Numbered from the stretch's first letter, positions 38,262 through 48,608 are shown. The stretch: DNA of 64,000 bases from Nitrosopumilus sp. (GCA_963667665.2 OY763927.2:1024001-1088000), one strand, 5' to 3'. Notes: generated from the sequence alone by a model not told the origin. Translations and numbers: made by a program.

Positions 38262-39274
38262 GAAACAGGTATAGTTTCTTCGAATGAAAAAGATTTTTCT
38301 ACGAAATATTCAACTCTAACTTTTTTGAATTCACGAGAACTAAAAAGAATCTGGTATTCAGGAACATTGATTTGATCTTGTATCGTCTTTGCCATCTCAT
38401 GTGCCTCATCATGAGTTTTGCAATGAATCATTGAAAAGACATTGTATGGCCAGTCAGGATATGTAGGTCTCTCATAGCAATGACTCACCTGAGGAAATGC
38501 ACCTAGCTTTTCACCAACTTCAGATATTTTATCTTCAGGAACTTTCCAAACTATCATTCCATTTGCAGTAAATCCAACTTGTCTATGTCTTAAGATTGCT
38601 GCAAATCTTCTCATTATTCCATTGTCTTCATAATATTTCATTTTTTCAAACAATTCATTTTCAGTAATTCCTAGATTCTTTGCTGCTTTTAGAAATGGTT
38701 CATCAATAATTTCCATGTCTTTTTGTAATTCACGAATAAAGTTTTTGTCGTCTTCAGTTGGTTCAAATTTTATATTTTTAATTTCTTTTTTTGTCTCAGT
38801 TGGGGCAATCTCATGTTTCTTTTCATCTATCATGTCTAATTTTACACCAATCTTGAATAATTGTAAAGTAGGAAGCATTCTTACCTTTTTGATTCCCTTT
38901 AGAACGTTAAACTTGTCAACTTCTGTTTTCAAATCTGCACCAGGTGGAACAGCCAATGTAAACCAAAGATTAAACTGATGTTCACGTTCATAATTATGGC
39001 TAACACCAGGATGACGGTTAATTTGACTTGCAACATTTTCTAGTTGATCATGTTCAATCTCCATTGCAACTAGAGAACTTGTGTAACCAAGCTTTCGAGT
39101 ATCAAAAATTGCACTTAGTTGTCTTAGAACGCCAACTTTCTTTAGATCATTCAGACGTTCTTTGATAATTTCTGGAGTAGTGTCGAATTTTTTAGCAATA
39201 GCATCAAAAGGTCTTGTTACAAGTGGAAATGTCCATTGAATCTCATTTAGAATTTCTTTATCTAATTCATCCAT
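38258..39274 (-). CDS. ahbAB: Fused siroheme decarboxylase AhbA-AhbB (NirDL-like)
   Basis: Two AsnC-like repeats, VSHNYER and VSHCYERP..WPYN motifs; divergent from sirC-hemA. Confidence 0.88.
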   Translation of the reverse strand: MDELDKEILNEIQWTFPLVTRPFDAIAKKFDTTPEIIKERLNDLKKVGVLRQLSAIFDTRKLGYTSSLVAMEIEHDQLENVASQINRHPGVSHNYEREHQFNLWFTLAVPPGADLKTEVDKFNVLKGIKKVRMLPTLQLFKIGVKLDMIDEKKHEIAPTETKKEIKNIKFEPTEDDKNFIRELQKDMEIIDEPFLKAAKNLGITENELFEKMKYYEDNGIMRRFAAILRHRQVGFTANGMIVWKVPEDKISEVGEKLGAFPQVSHCYERPTYPDWPYNVFSMIHCKTHDEAHEMAKTIQDQINVPEYQILFSSREFKKVRVEYFVEKSFSFEETIPVS

Positions 39275-39377
39275 AGATGCCAATATGTCAGTCACTTGTA
39301 TATTCAATTAAAAATGTAGCTGGTATTTTACGCGTTGATTTTTAATACATAAATAGAAACCCTAGTCCTTTTGATCG

Positions 39378-40031
39378 ATGATAGTTGATCTAAATCTTCA
39401 GGGTAAAACAATAATTGTCATAGGTGGTGGAAATGAGGCACAAAAGAGAATCAATTCATTGCTAAAACAAGATTGTGAAATTTTGGTAATTAGTGATTCT
39501 GTTAACTCACATATTAACAAATTAGTAAAAGCAAAAAAAATCAAATTAAACAAACAAAAAATTCATGACACAAAATTTATTTCAAAATTTAAACCAAACA
39601 TCATCATAACAACTACCAATGACAAAAATCTAAATCAAAAAATTATCAATAGTGCAAAAAGAAGTAAGATTATTGTGTATAGTTCTGATAATCCAGAAGA
39701 CAGTGACTTTTCAAATCCTGCAATAATTGATTTTGAAAATATGATACAAATTGCAATTTTTACAGGTGGTCGTAGTCCAGCGATGTCAAAGAAGATTAGA
39801 ATTCAATCAGAGAAAATATTCAAAAAGATAATCACAAAAGAAGATATTTCTCAAATTAAGATTCAAAAGATCGCAAGAAAACTAGCAAAAGAAAGTATAC
39901 ACACTCAAACTCAGAGAAAAAAATATCTTCATAGCATTATGGTTGATAAGAAGATTGAACAGTTAATAAAAGATGGACAGTTAAAAAGAGCTGAAAGGCA
40001 AGCCGTTACAATGTTGAGGAATTGGAAATGA
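39378..40031 (+). CDS. sirC: Precorrin-2 dehydrogenase/sirohydrochlorin ferrochelatase (SirC/Met8-like)
   Basis: VIGGG..A..R, DNPE.SDF..PA, TGGRSP. Confidence 0.88.
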   Translation: MIVDLNLQGKTIIVIGGGNEAQKRINSLLKQDCEILVISDSVNSHINKLVKAKKIKLNKQKIHDTKFISKFKPNIIITTTNDKNLNQKIINSAKRSKIIVYSSDNPEDSDFSNPAIIDFENMIQIAIFTGGRSPAMSKKIRIQSEKIFKKIITKEDISQIKIQKIARKLAKESIHTQTQRKKYLHSIMVDKKIEQLIKDGQLKRAERQAVTMLRNWK

Positions 40032-41293
40032 ATCAAAATATCATAAATGCACGTGTAACTTTTCGTAATTCACCAATTCACATTCTTGAAAAATTTACAA
40101 TAAAAAATATCGATGATGCATATGAGCAATTCAAAAAGCATTCAGGAATGGATGAATGTGTAATTATTCAAACATGTAACAGAATTGAATTATTTGGTAA
40201 ATCAAAAACTTATGATCTAGATAAAATCAAGAAAACATGGGCATCACTTACGGGACTTGGAGAAGATGTATTTGATGAAAATATGGAGTTCGTTGAAAAT
40301 CAAGAGGCAATACATCATCTGTTGAAATTAACATCAGGGTTGGACTCCATGGTATTAGGGGAAGAACAAATTCTGGGTCAGATAAAAAAATCCATTACTT
40401 CAGCTAGAAAGATAAAAGCATCAGGACAACATCTTAACACTTTATTTGATAAAGCAATTAGAGTTGGAACTAGAATTAGAAACTCTAGTGGAATTGGTCG
40501 TGGTGGAATTTCAGTTGGTTCCATGGCAGTAAAACTTGCAGAAGAAAACATTGATGAACTAAAGACAAAGAAAATTTTATTGATTGGGACTGGTGAAGTA
40601 TCGACTCTTGTTGCAAAATCATTACAAAGAAGAGGATATGCATTTGATGTTACAAGCAGAACCATTGGAAGATCACAGGCATTTTGTGAGACAATGGGAG
40701 GAGTACCAATCAAATTTGAAGAAGTTCTTTCAGGATTTGAAAATTATAATGTATTATTTGTTGCAACAACTGCACCATATTTTCTTGTAACTCATGAAAG
40801 AATCACAAATGCCATGAAAGATAAGAAAAATGGATTGATGATTCTAGATTTATCAAATCCAAGAACAGTAGATGAGAAAGTTGCAACAATTGGAGGAGTG
40901 AAATTGATGAATCTTGATCAGATTGCAGAGATGGTTGAAAAGAACATGAATTCACGATTAAACAAGGTAAAAACCATTGAAAATATAATTAACGAAGAAG
41001 TAATTGTATTAGAAGCCTCAATGAAAAGACTAGAAGCAGAACCACTTGTAAAAGAAGTATTCAAGAACATAGAGCATCTCAGAGAAAAAGAATTACAAAA
41101 AGCACTTCATATGCTTGGTGAAAAAGATGAGGAAAAGATCAAGATTATTGATGATCTAACAAAAGCAGTTGTTGAAAGTATTGTGTCTACTCCAATGAAC
41201 AACATCAGAAAAGCATCAGAGCAAGGCAAGCCTGATGTTGTAGAATTAGCAAGCAAACTGTTTGACTATAAAAAACAGAACCAGGTAGACTAA
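40022..41293 (+). CDS. hemA: Glutamyl-tRNA reductase
   Basis: QTCNRIE, SGLDSMVLGEEQILGQ, DLSNPR. Confidence 0.96.
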   Translation: MEMNQNIINARVTFRNSPIHILEKFTIKNIDDAYEQFKKHSGMDECVIIQTCNRIELFGKSKTYDLDKIKKTWASLTGLGEDVFDENMEFVENQEAIHHLLKLTSGLDSMVLGEEQILGQIKKSITSARKIKASGQHLNTLFDKAIRVGTRIRNSSGIGRGGISVGSMAVKLAEENIDELKTKKILLIGTGEVSTLVAKSLQRRGYAFDVTSRTIGRSQAFCETMGGVPIKFEEVLSGFENYNVLFVATTAPYFLVTHERITNAMKDKKNGLMILDLSNPRTVDEKVATIGGVKLMNLDQIAEMVEKNMNSRLNKVKTIENIINEEVIVLEASMKRLEAEPLVKEVFKNIEHLREKELQKALHMLGEKDEEKIKIIDDLTKAVVESIVSTPMNNIRKASEQGKPDVVELASKLFDYKKQNQVD

Positions 41294-41324
41294 GATTATA
41301 TTTTACCCAAAGAGAATTTCTGAT

Positions 41325-42305
41325 ATGTCATTTCCATCTAGACGTCTTCGCAGATTAAGAACATCAGAGAAAATGAGAGAATTAGTTCAGCAAACTACAC
41401 TTTCTTCAAAGGATTTCATTTGTCCAGTATTTGTTCAAGAAGATCTAAAGACCAGAATCAAGATAGAATCAATGTCAGAAATGGAGCGACTTCCATTAGA
41501 TGACATTAATGATGAAGTAGGAACCATAAGTGATTTAGGAATCCCTGCAATCATGCTTTTTGGAATTCCAACTAAAAAAGATGAAGCAGGATCTTCAGCT
41601 TTTGATGATAATGGAATTGTTCAAAAAGCAATTACTCAGATCAGAGAAAATTTTGGAGATAAAATTGTAATAATGGCAGATGTTTGTCTCTGTCAGTTTA
41701 CATCTATGGGACATTGTGGAATTGTTCAAGGAGATAAGATAGATAATGATACTAGTCTTGATACACTTGCAAAGATTGCCGTTAGTCAAGCAAAGGCAGG
41801 AGTTGATACTGTATCACCATCTGCAATGATGGATGGTCAAGTTGCTGCAATAAGAAAAGCACTTGATGATAAAGGATTTACTGATGTTTCAATAATGTCA
41901 CATTCAGCTAAACATCGTTCAAACTTTTATGCTCCATTTAGAGACGCTGCAGAATGTGCACCAAAGTTTGGAGATAGGAAAACATACCAAGTTCCATACA
42001 CAAACGCAAGAGAAGCAATGCTAGAAGTTGAATCAGACATTAATGAAGGAGTAGACATTGTAATGATAAAGCCTGCATTATCTTACTTGGATTTAATAGC
42101 AGAGACAAGAAGAAGATTTAACATTCCTGTTGCAGCATACAGTGTTTCTGGAGAATATGCATTAGTAAAAGCTGCATCACAGTTAGGTTACGTAAATGAA
42201 AAAGACATTACAGAAGAGATTCTATATTCCATTAAAAGAGCAGGAGCTGACATGATAGTCACATATTTTGCAAAATCAGCTTCAAAGTTTCTTCAAGAAT
42301 TATGA
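41325..42305 (+). CDS. hemB: Porphobilinogen synthase
   Basis: DVCLCQF...GHCG, PSAMMDG, MIKPA, YSVSGEY. Confidence 0.97.
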   Translation: MSFPSRRLRRLRTSEKMRELVQQTTLSSKDFICPVFVQEDLKTRIKIESMSEMERLPLDDINDEVGTISDLGIPAIMLFGIPTKKDEAGSSAFDDNGIVQKAITQIRENFGDKIVIMADVCLCQFTSMGHCGIVQGDKIDNDTSLDTLAKIAVSQAKAGVDTVSPSAMMDGQVAAIRKALDDKGFTDVSIMSHSAKHRSNFYAPFRDAAECAPKFGDRKTYQVPYTNAREAMLEVESDINEGVDIVMIKPALSYLDLIAETRRRFNIPVAAYSVSGEYALVKAASQLGYVNEKDITEEILYSIKRAGADMIVTYFAKSASKFLQEL

Positions 42306-42613
42306 GAGACGACGAACGATACGAGATTCAAAGAGCATTTGATCAATTACCACATGTTGTAGGCTCAGCTTGGGCAGTAATTTGGTTTAGAATGAAAGGA
42401 ATCAAAAAACCAACAAGAGAAGAATATAGAGAGAAAGTTTTAGAATATTTTAAGATGGTAGAGCCAGTCTTTGAGTCTTATCCAAAAGATGAGGAATTTT
42501 CAGCAATTTGTAAGTACATTGAATTGAGAAAAATAGATGCATACAAGAAAATAATCTCAGGAGAAAATGAAGAAACTGAAAGACGGTATGACAGATATGT
42601 TGATTATGGTTAA
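42302..42613 (+). CDS. Hypothetical protein
   Basis: 103-aa ORF, ATGA-coupled to hemB. Confidence 0.7.
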   Translation: MRDDERYEIQRAFDQLPHVVGSAWAVIWFRMKGIKKPTREEYREKVLEYFKMVEPVFESYPKDEEFSAICKYIELRKIDAYKKIISGENEETERRYDRYVDYG

Positions 42614-43230
42614 AGTTCCTGTTTTAGTTGATTCAAGAATTCTTTTAGTATTCTAGTCCTCTTTTTTGCCTCTGCTTTTCCAGATTTTGTGTTCATTAAT
42701 GATTCTAGTTTGAGTAACTTTTGGAAAAAATGATCAACTGTCCATGTGTGATCATCAGGAATTCTTCTTTTGCAAAAAGGATCATCTGGATTATAAAATG
42801 GTCTTTTTAGTGAACCACCTGTAGCAAAAACTCTTGCAATTCCGATTGCTCCTAATGCATCTAATCTATCTGCATCTTGAAGAATTTTGCCCTCAAGAGT
42901 TTTAGGGGTTTTGTTTTGTGAAAAACTATGATCTTTTATTGCATCTAAAATTATTACAATATTTTCTTTTGAGAAATCAAATTTTTCAAGTATCTTTTTT
43001 GATTTTTTTGCACTCTCAATTGAAGATGTTTTTGAGCGCTTGTCAGATTTTGGATAAGATACTAAATCATGTAATAAAGCAGCACTTAGAACTAGTTTTT
43101 CATTTACTTTTTCTTTTTTACAGATTTTTTGGGCATTTTTGTATACCCTAATTGTATGCTCAAAATCATGTGCAGAATCATTTTCTATTCTTTTTTTAAC
43201 TTCATTCTTTAGGGAATCAATAACTTTCAT
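42610..43230 (-). CDS. HD-domain phosphohydrolase
   Basis: AHDFEH..RV, LLHD, QDADRLDALGAIG. Confidence 0.92.
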   Translation of the reverse strand: MKVIDSLKNEVKKRIENDSAHDFEHTIRVYKNAQKICKKEKVNEKLVLSAALLHDLVSYPKSDKRSKTSSIESAKKSKKILEKFDFSKENIVIILDAIKDHSFSQNKTPKTLEGKILQDADRLDALGAIGIARVFATGGSLKRPFYNPDDPFCKRRIPDDHTWTVDHFFQKLLKLESLMNTKSGKAEAKKRTRILKEFLNQLKQEL

Positions 43231-43851
43231 TTAGAATCTCCATAATTTTGGTTTGACAAATTTTATTTTTCTCTGAGTAATTAAAATTGTCCAGTTAATT
43301 GATGCAAAAAGAACAACCATACCAATTCCCACACCATCAATTAATAAAATTCCAGTAAGACGGTCTTCGAAGATTTCCAGAAAAGGAGATATCACTGCAT
43401 TTCCAAAATAGATCATAATCATATAAGAAATAATTCTACCAAACCAAAATCCAACATAGATTCCAATACTTTTGGCACGCATTAATCCATATGTGATAAA
43501 CAACATGTTACTTGGAAGAGGAGTAGCACCAAACAGGAAAGAAGCTATAACATAACCATATTTTTTGTTATTAAGATAATCACCAATTATATCAAGATTA
43601 GATTTTTGCTCTTCTGCAACAAATCGTCTAAAATATCCACTAATCTTTTTTAGAAAAAATCGCCCTATAGTAGCTCCAGTTGCACCAACTACAGCAAGAA
43701 TAATAACATTCAAGGTAGGATCAAGAAGATAAAATGATGTCAGTATTATCCAGCTAGGTGGCATTAGGATTGGAGCAGCATTTATTCCAATTAGTACTAG
43801 AAAAATTCCAAAATACGAATATTCTCCAAAAATTTCAAAAATATCTAACAT
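43231..43851 (-). CDS. DedA/VTT-like membrane protein
   Basis: Multiple TM segments, GAT.GR, TPLPS. Confidence 0.7.
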   Translation of the reverse strand: MLDIFEIFGEYSYFGIFLVLIGINAAPILMPPSWIILTSFYLLDPTLNVIILAVVGATGATIGRFFLKKISGYFRRFVAEEQKSNLDIIGDYLNNKKYGYVIASFLFGATPLPSNMLFITYGLMRAKSIGIYVGFWFGRIISYMIMIYFGNAVISPFLEIFEDRLTGILLIDGVGIGMVVLFASINWTILITQRKIKFVKPKLWRF

Positions 43852-44034
43852 CTTTCTAAGATAATGTCACTTTTTTTGTTTCTAAATCCTTGGATTGAGA
43901 GGTTATATGAAAAAAATTCATTATGAATTAAAAAATTAAAAAATTACATGTTTTTGGAAACAATGATCATGAATTGTATGAAAGTGGATCAATTATCCAA
44001 TATCTTTATAAGGAATTTGTGCGTATATATAAGC

Positions 44035-44142
44035 ATGTCTGAAGTGGTTTGGAAGTGTTATAGATGCAATCTTTCTTTTAAGGACGAAGGTGTGGCTGAA
44101 ATACATAAGCAGATCTCAAGTCATTCAGTTTCCAAAATATAG
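44035..44142 (+). CDS. 35-aa C2H2-type zinc-finger microprotein
   Basis: MSEVVWKCYRCNLSFKDEGVAEIHKQISSHSVSKI; TATA-like TTTATAA ~25-30 nt upstream. Confidence 0.65.
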   Translation: MSEVVWKCYRCNLSFKDEGVAEIHKQISSHSVSKI

Positions 44143-44199
44143 ACACTTTTTGAATAGTTACTAAATTTTATGAATATTGTAGTTTTGATTATAATATAA

Positions 44200-44300
44200 T
44201 GCAGAGGGTGGGATTCGAACCCACGAACTCCTAAGAGAAGGGATTTCCTATTTTGAGGATCTTGAGTCCCTCTCGGTTGACCGGGCTTCGATACCTCTGC
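44200..44300 (-). tRNA. tRNA-Leu(CAA) with 16-nt intron at 37/38 (44245-44260)
   Basis: GCAGAGG/CCTCTGC acceptor, AGGGA-CT-CAA-G/A-TCCCT, long variable arm, GGGTTCGAATCCC. Confidence 0.95.
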
Positions 44301-44411
44301 AATGAGATTGGATAATGACCGATATTTTTCAATTGCTATTATGATAAATTAAAAAATGATCCATTGATTTTAAACAAAGCTTATAATTGTGTCAATTTGA
44401 TTCAAAAATAC

Positions 44412-44723
44412 ATGTCAGAATTTATACCAATTTCAGAAGCAAGAGAAAAGAGAAGTGGTGTCAATGTTGAAGCCGAAGTTAAAAGTAAAGGAGACCCAAG
44501 AACAGTAAATCTCAAAAGTGGTGGAACAATTGATGTCTGCGATGCAGTTATTGCTAATGGTGAAACTGAAGATGACCAAATGAAACTCACATTGTGGGGT
44601 GACGACATTAAAGCAGTAAATGTTGGAGACAAAGTTGTCATTACAAATGGATATATCAATGAGTTTAAAGGAGAAGTTTCTTTAACAAAAGGTAAATTCG
44701 GTAAGATGGATATCAATCCATAA
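44412..44723 (+). CDS. ssb: Single OB-fold ssDNA-binding protein
   Basis: LTLWGD, GDKV.I.NGY, GKFG; start refined. Confidence 0.85.
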   Translation: MSEFIPISEAREKRSGVNVEAEVKSKGDPRTVNLKSGGTIDVCDAVIANGETEDDQMKLTLWGDDIKAVNVGDKVVITNGYINEFKGEVSLTKGKFGKMDINP

Positions 44724-44770
44724 TCAATCGAAAGTTTCTTAAATTTTAAACTCTTTTTGTTTTTAAAAAA

Positions 44771-45814
44771 TTAACGTCTAGATTTTTTCTTTGTTTTCTT
44801 TTTAGCTACTTTCTTCTTTGCTTTCTTTTTAGCTACTTTCTTTTTAGCTGCTTTTTTCTTTACTTTCTTTTTAGCTGCTTTTTTCTTTACTTTCTTTTTA
44901 GCTGCTTTTTTCTTTACTTTCTTTTTAGCTGCTTTTTTCTTTACTTTCTTCTTAGCTGCTTTTTTCTTTACTTTCTTCTTAGCTGCTTTTTTCTTTACTT
45001 TCTTCTTAGCTGCTTTTTTCTTTACTTTCTTTTTAGTTGCTTTTTTCTTTACTTTCTTTTTAGTTGCTTTTTTCTTTGCTGCTGCACGCTTTTTTGCAGC
45101 TGCTGCTCTTTTAGCTGCAGCACGTTTCTTTGCAGCTGCTATTCTTTTAGCTAATGCCTTTTTAGCTGCTTTACGTCTCTTTGCCAAAACTTCTTGGAAT
45201 TTCACAGACACTTTTTCTAATGCCTTTTTAGCAGAGGCCTCTGCATTGGTTCGTCTTTCTAATTCTTTTGCAAACTTTTCAGCAGCCTTGTGACTAGATA
45301 TGATAGTTTCACGCAAGGATGGTTTTGATTTGGTTTGTTTTTGAATTTTTGAAGTAATCTTTGATTTAATATCAGAATATTTGGTAGCATCATCTAAAAT
45401 CTTTTTTGCTGTTTTTTGCCTACTTTTAATCTCAGCAATCAGTTCCTGAACTCGGTCATTTAGAGATCGTAATCTAAATTCTGCATTCTGTTTTTCCTCA
45501 GAATTTTCTGAGAATTCAATCTCTTGCTCAGTTTGTTCAATTGCTTCTTTTTCTCGTGTCAATCGTTCCTCGGCTGTGGCTACTAGTCTTTCAATGCTCT
45601 CTAATTGAGAGTTTTTCCTAGTAAGAACTTGAGAGGTATCAGAAACATCTTCACGTTCAGATTCTATTTTTCTATCAATAGAATTTAGACCTGAAGAAGA
45701 ACGTCTTTCAACAGAACGAATTTCTTTTAGTTGTTTTTCAGCTTTTAGTCTAAGCTTGGATGCTTCATGTTTCTTTTGACGTAGTTGAACTACTATTTTT
45801 TCTAATGATGCCAC
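44771..45814 (-). CDS. Coiled-coil protein with Lys/Ala-rich histone-H1-like C-terminal tail
   Basis: ~210 aa heptad region followed by KRAAA and KKKAAKKKV repeats. Confidence 0.85.
   Translation of the reverse strand: MASLEKIVVQLRQKKHEASKLRLKAEKQLKEIRSVERRSSSGLNSIDRKIESEREDVSDTSQVLTRKNSQLESIERLVATAEERLTREKEAIEQTEQEIEFSENSEEKQNAEFRLRSLNDRVQELIAEIKSRQKTAKKILDDATKYSDIKSKITSKIQKQTKSKPSLRETIISSHKAAEKFAKELERRTNAEASAKKALEKVSVKFQEVLAKRRKAAKKALAKRIAAAKKRAAAKRAAAAKKRAAAKKKATKKKVKKKATKKKVKKKAAKKKVKKKAAKKKVKKKAAKKKVKKKAAKKKVKKKAAKKKVKKKAAKKKVKKKAAKKKVAKKKAKKKVAKKKTKKKSRR
44835..45077 (-). repeat. 27-bp tandem repeat x9 encoding KKKA(A/T)KKKV
   Basis: Nine near-identical units (forward ACTTTCTT[T/C]TTAG[C/T]TGCTTTTTTCTTT). 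Confidence 0.95.
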
Positions 45815-45949
45815 GATTAAATCAAAACAAGAGAGTCGGTTAAATTGATAATATGATTAGGATTTGACTTAGCAGTAAAGAAAATTAACCATTTATGATC
45901 GCTTAAATCAATTTTTAAAAAATATTAGTTAAAAGATTTCATTAAAACC

Positions 45950-46261
45950 ATGGAATTTCATCCAAAAGATTTGCCAATATTAAAGACATATGATCTAAAA
46001 GATGAAAAGGATGCATCAAAGGCAGTGGAGGATATGGTAAAACTTGGATTTAGAAATAGAAAAGAAGGATTCAAGGTTTTAATGCCAAAAGAATCAAAAC
46101 TTGCAAAAAGAATTGGATATACAGTTACTACAGGAGTAACACAAGGACTCAGAAAAACAAATGAAATTCGAGATATCAAATATTGGACTTATCACCATGA
46201 TGAAGATCACTATGCAATAGTTTTGATAAGTAATGCTTCTTTGACAGAATTAGGTTTTTGA
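45950..46261 (+). CDS. Hypothetical protein
   Basis: 103-aa ORF with ATG start. Confidence 0.75.
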   Translation: MEFHPKDLPILKTYDLKDEKDASKAVEDMVKLGFRNRKEGFKVLMPKESKLAKRIGYTVTTGVTQGLRKTNEIRDIKYWTYHHDEDHYAIVLISNASLTELGF

Positions 46262-46918
46262 TTTATCAAAAATTTTGTAAAGTTTGGTTCTCTTGGCCAT
46301 TACTCCAACAAGCATTACTCCAATTACTGCTCCTCCAATGACATCCATAGGATAATGCTGTAAGACATAGATCCTACTAAGTGAAATCATTACAGGATAT
46401 AGTAATAGTAAATATGCACCTCGTGGAAATCGTTCAGATAGTGCATAACCCAAAATTATTCCAAATATCATAGATCTGGCGGCATGCCCTGAAGGATATG
46501 ATGCATTAGCCCCACCCTCACAAAATAATGCGTATGTATCACGACTAATTTCTACAGGAAATGGTGAGCCTTCATATTCAAAATCAGGTCTGTCTCTATC
46601 AACTCCACATTTGATGTATCCAGTAAGTAGTGTTGAAATTACAATTAAAATCATCAATGTAATTCCAATTCTACGGGTTTTTGGTATAATTAACAGTAAA
46701 ATTCCAAATGCTAACATCCACAAAACCTCGCCACTTTCTGTGACATATTGCATAATGGTGTCTAATGTTGGATTTCCGACATTTTGAGAGAAAAACAGAA
46801 CTATACTTTGATCAAAACTTTCAGTCACTCCAAAGTATACTAATGCAGAAAGAATGAGAAACAGAATTGTTAACAGCACAAAGGAACGTGACCTGATATC
46901 AAAAATCCAATTTTGCAA
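46250..46918 (-). CDS. PAP2-family membrane phosphatase
   Basis: K...DR.RP, SYPSGH, SRIYVLQHYPMD. Confidence 0.92.
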   Translation of the reverse strand: MQNWIFDIRSRSFVLLTILFLILSALVYFGVTESFDQSIVLFFSQNVGNPTLDTIMQYVTESGEVLWMLAFGILLLIIPKTRRIGITLMILIVISTLLTGYIKCGVDRDRPDFEYEGSPFPVEISRDTYALFCEGGANASYPSGHAARSMIFGIILGYALSERFPRGAYLLLLYPVMISLSRIYVLQHYPMDVIGGAVIGVMLVGVMAKRTKLYKIFDKSKT

Positions 46919-47058
46919 TTAATTAAACCTCAAGTACGTATCTTTTAATTTTTGTCAATACATAAGTTTTGGAAGTGTAAATCATGTTTAGAAATAAGAT
47001 TTGATAAAATAATTCTGATCGGCTCAAAGAATTTAACCAAGTGCATAATAGAAAAATC

Positions 47059-48267
47059 GTGAAGGTGCTCACACTAGATGATTTTGACCTAAAAGGTAAG
47101 ACTGTTTTTTTGAGAGTCGACATGAATTGTCCAATCGATCCAGAGACAATGGAGATTTTAGGTACTAAAAGAATTGAAGAAGCCACTGAAAGTTTAAAGT
47201 CATTAAAAGATGCCAAAGTCGTTATCGCATCACACCAAGGTAGAGTTGGGAATAAAGATTATACTGGAATGGACAAACACGCAAAAGTTCTTGAAAAATT
47301 TATGAATAAAAAAATAAAATATGTTGAAGATACAATTGGCGAAGCTGCTCAAAACGCAATCAAGAATCTAGAGAATGGGGACATTCTACTTTTAGATAAT
47401 CTTCGATTGTGTGCTGAAGAAAATTATGAATTTAAACCAGAGAATGCTGCCAAAACAATCATGGTTAGTCGGTTATCCAAATTATTTGATCTTTGTGTAT
47501 TAGATTCATTTCCAAGTGCTCACAGAACACATCCATCAATTGTTGGTTTTCCACAAGTTTTACCTGCATGTGCAGGAAGAATTGTTGAAAAAGAAGTCAG
47601 AAATTTAGATGAGATAATGACTGTTGCCAAGGCACCACATGTGATTGTTCTTGGAGGCTCAAAAATACAGGATAGACTTGAGGCAATCAAGTTATTGATT
47701 CAAAATGGTCGTGCTGATCATATTCTCTTAACAGGATTAATCGGGAATGTGTTTATGCGAGCACAAGGCAGAATAAAATCTTCACTTGGAATCAAAAGAG
47801 AAGACGAGGTTGTAGCAAAAGCACATTCTTTGATAGGTGAATATCCTGATGTTTTTGCCACACCTGTAGATATTGCAATTGACAAAGATGGAGAAAGAGT
47901 AGAGATGGATGTAAGAGAGATGGGTAAAGGTGATAAAATTTATGATTTGGGCCCAAAAACTGTAGAGTACTATTCAAAATTAATTTCAGGCGCAGGAACT
48001 GTCTTTATCAGTGGTCCTGCAGGATTTTTTGAAAAAGAAAATTTTAGTTACGGAACAAAAGAATTACTCAATTCAGTTGCAAACTCGATGGCTACAACAA
48101 TTGTTAGTGGCGGACACTTGACAACAGCACTAAAAGAACAAGGATTATCAGATAAAATCAATCATATTAGTACTGCAGGGGGTGCATTGGTACTTTATCT
48201 TACAGGAGAAAAATTACCAATGATTCAAGCACTTGAAGATGCTGCAATAGAATACGGATCTAAATAG
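47059..48267 (+). CDS. pgk: Phosphoglycerate kinase
   Basis: LRVDMNCP, SHQGR, LGGSK, GPAG.FE, GGH, HISTAGGA. Confidence 0.96.
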   Translation: MKVLTLDDFDLKGKTVFLRVDMNCPIDPETMEILGTKRIEEATESLKSLKDAKVVIASHQGRVGNKDYTGMDKHAKVLEKFMNKKIKYVEDTIGEAAQNAIKNLENGDILLLDNLRLCAEENYEFKPENAAKTIMVSRLSKLFDLCVLDSFPSAHRTHPSIVGFPQVLPACAGRIVEKEVRNLDEIMTVAKAPHVIVLGGSKIQDRLEAIKLLIQNGRADHILLTGLIGNVFMRAQGRIKSSLGIKREDEVVAKAHSLIGEYPDVFATPVDIAIDKDGERVEMDVREMGKGDKIYDLGPKTVEYYSKLISGAGTVFISGPAGFFEKENFSYGTKELLNSVANSMATTIVSGGHLTTALKEQGLSDKINHISTAGGALVLYLTGEKLPMIQALEDAAIEYGSK

Positions 48268-48607
48268 AAGATTTGCAAGAAGGGTTGGGACATATTCTTT
48301 TTTCAGATATTCCAAGATAGATATCATGGTTACAAGCATTGCAGTGAAGTTTTTCAGCAGGATCAAATAGCTTTAGCCAAATCGTTGTAAAGTTTTGTGC
48401 AATGTTTCTTGCAAGACCTGAATCACAAATTTCATTGAAAAATGATTCAACATCATCAATTATCCAAGATGGGTTAATGTCACCATTTTCTTTGAGTATC
48501 TCAAAAATTTCATCGTTTGTAAATTTAGTATCAACATCATTGAATTTTTCAAAGATTACTTTTCTTATTTGAAGTACAATTGGAATTACAGGAACAAAAT
48601 CACTCAT
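48260..48607 (-). CDS. Hypothetical protein with C-terminal Zn ribbon, last gene of the suf operon
   Basis: CNAC...CPNPSC; N-terminus may be winged-helix-like. Confidence 0.75.
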   Translation of the reverse strand: MSDFVPVIPIVLQIRKVIFEKFNDVDTKFTNDEIFEILKENGDINPSWIIDDVESFFNEICDSGLARNIAQNFTTIWLKLFDPAEKLHCNACNHDIYLGISEKRICPNPSCKSSI

Positions 48608-48608
48608 A

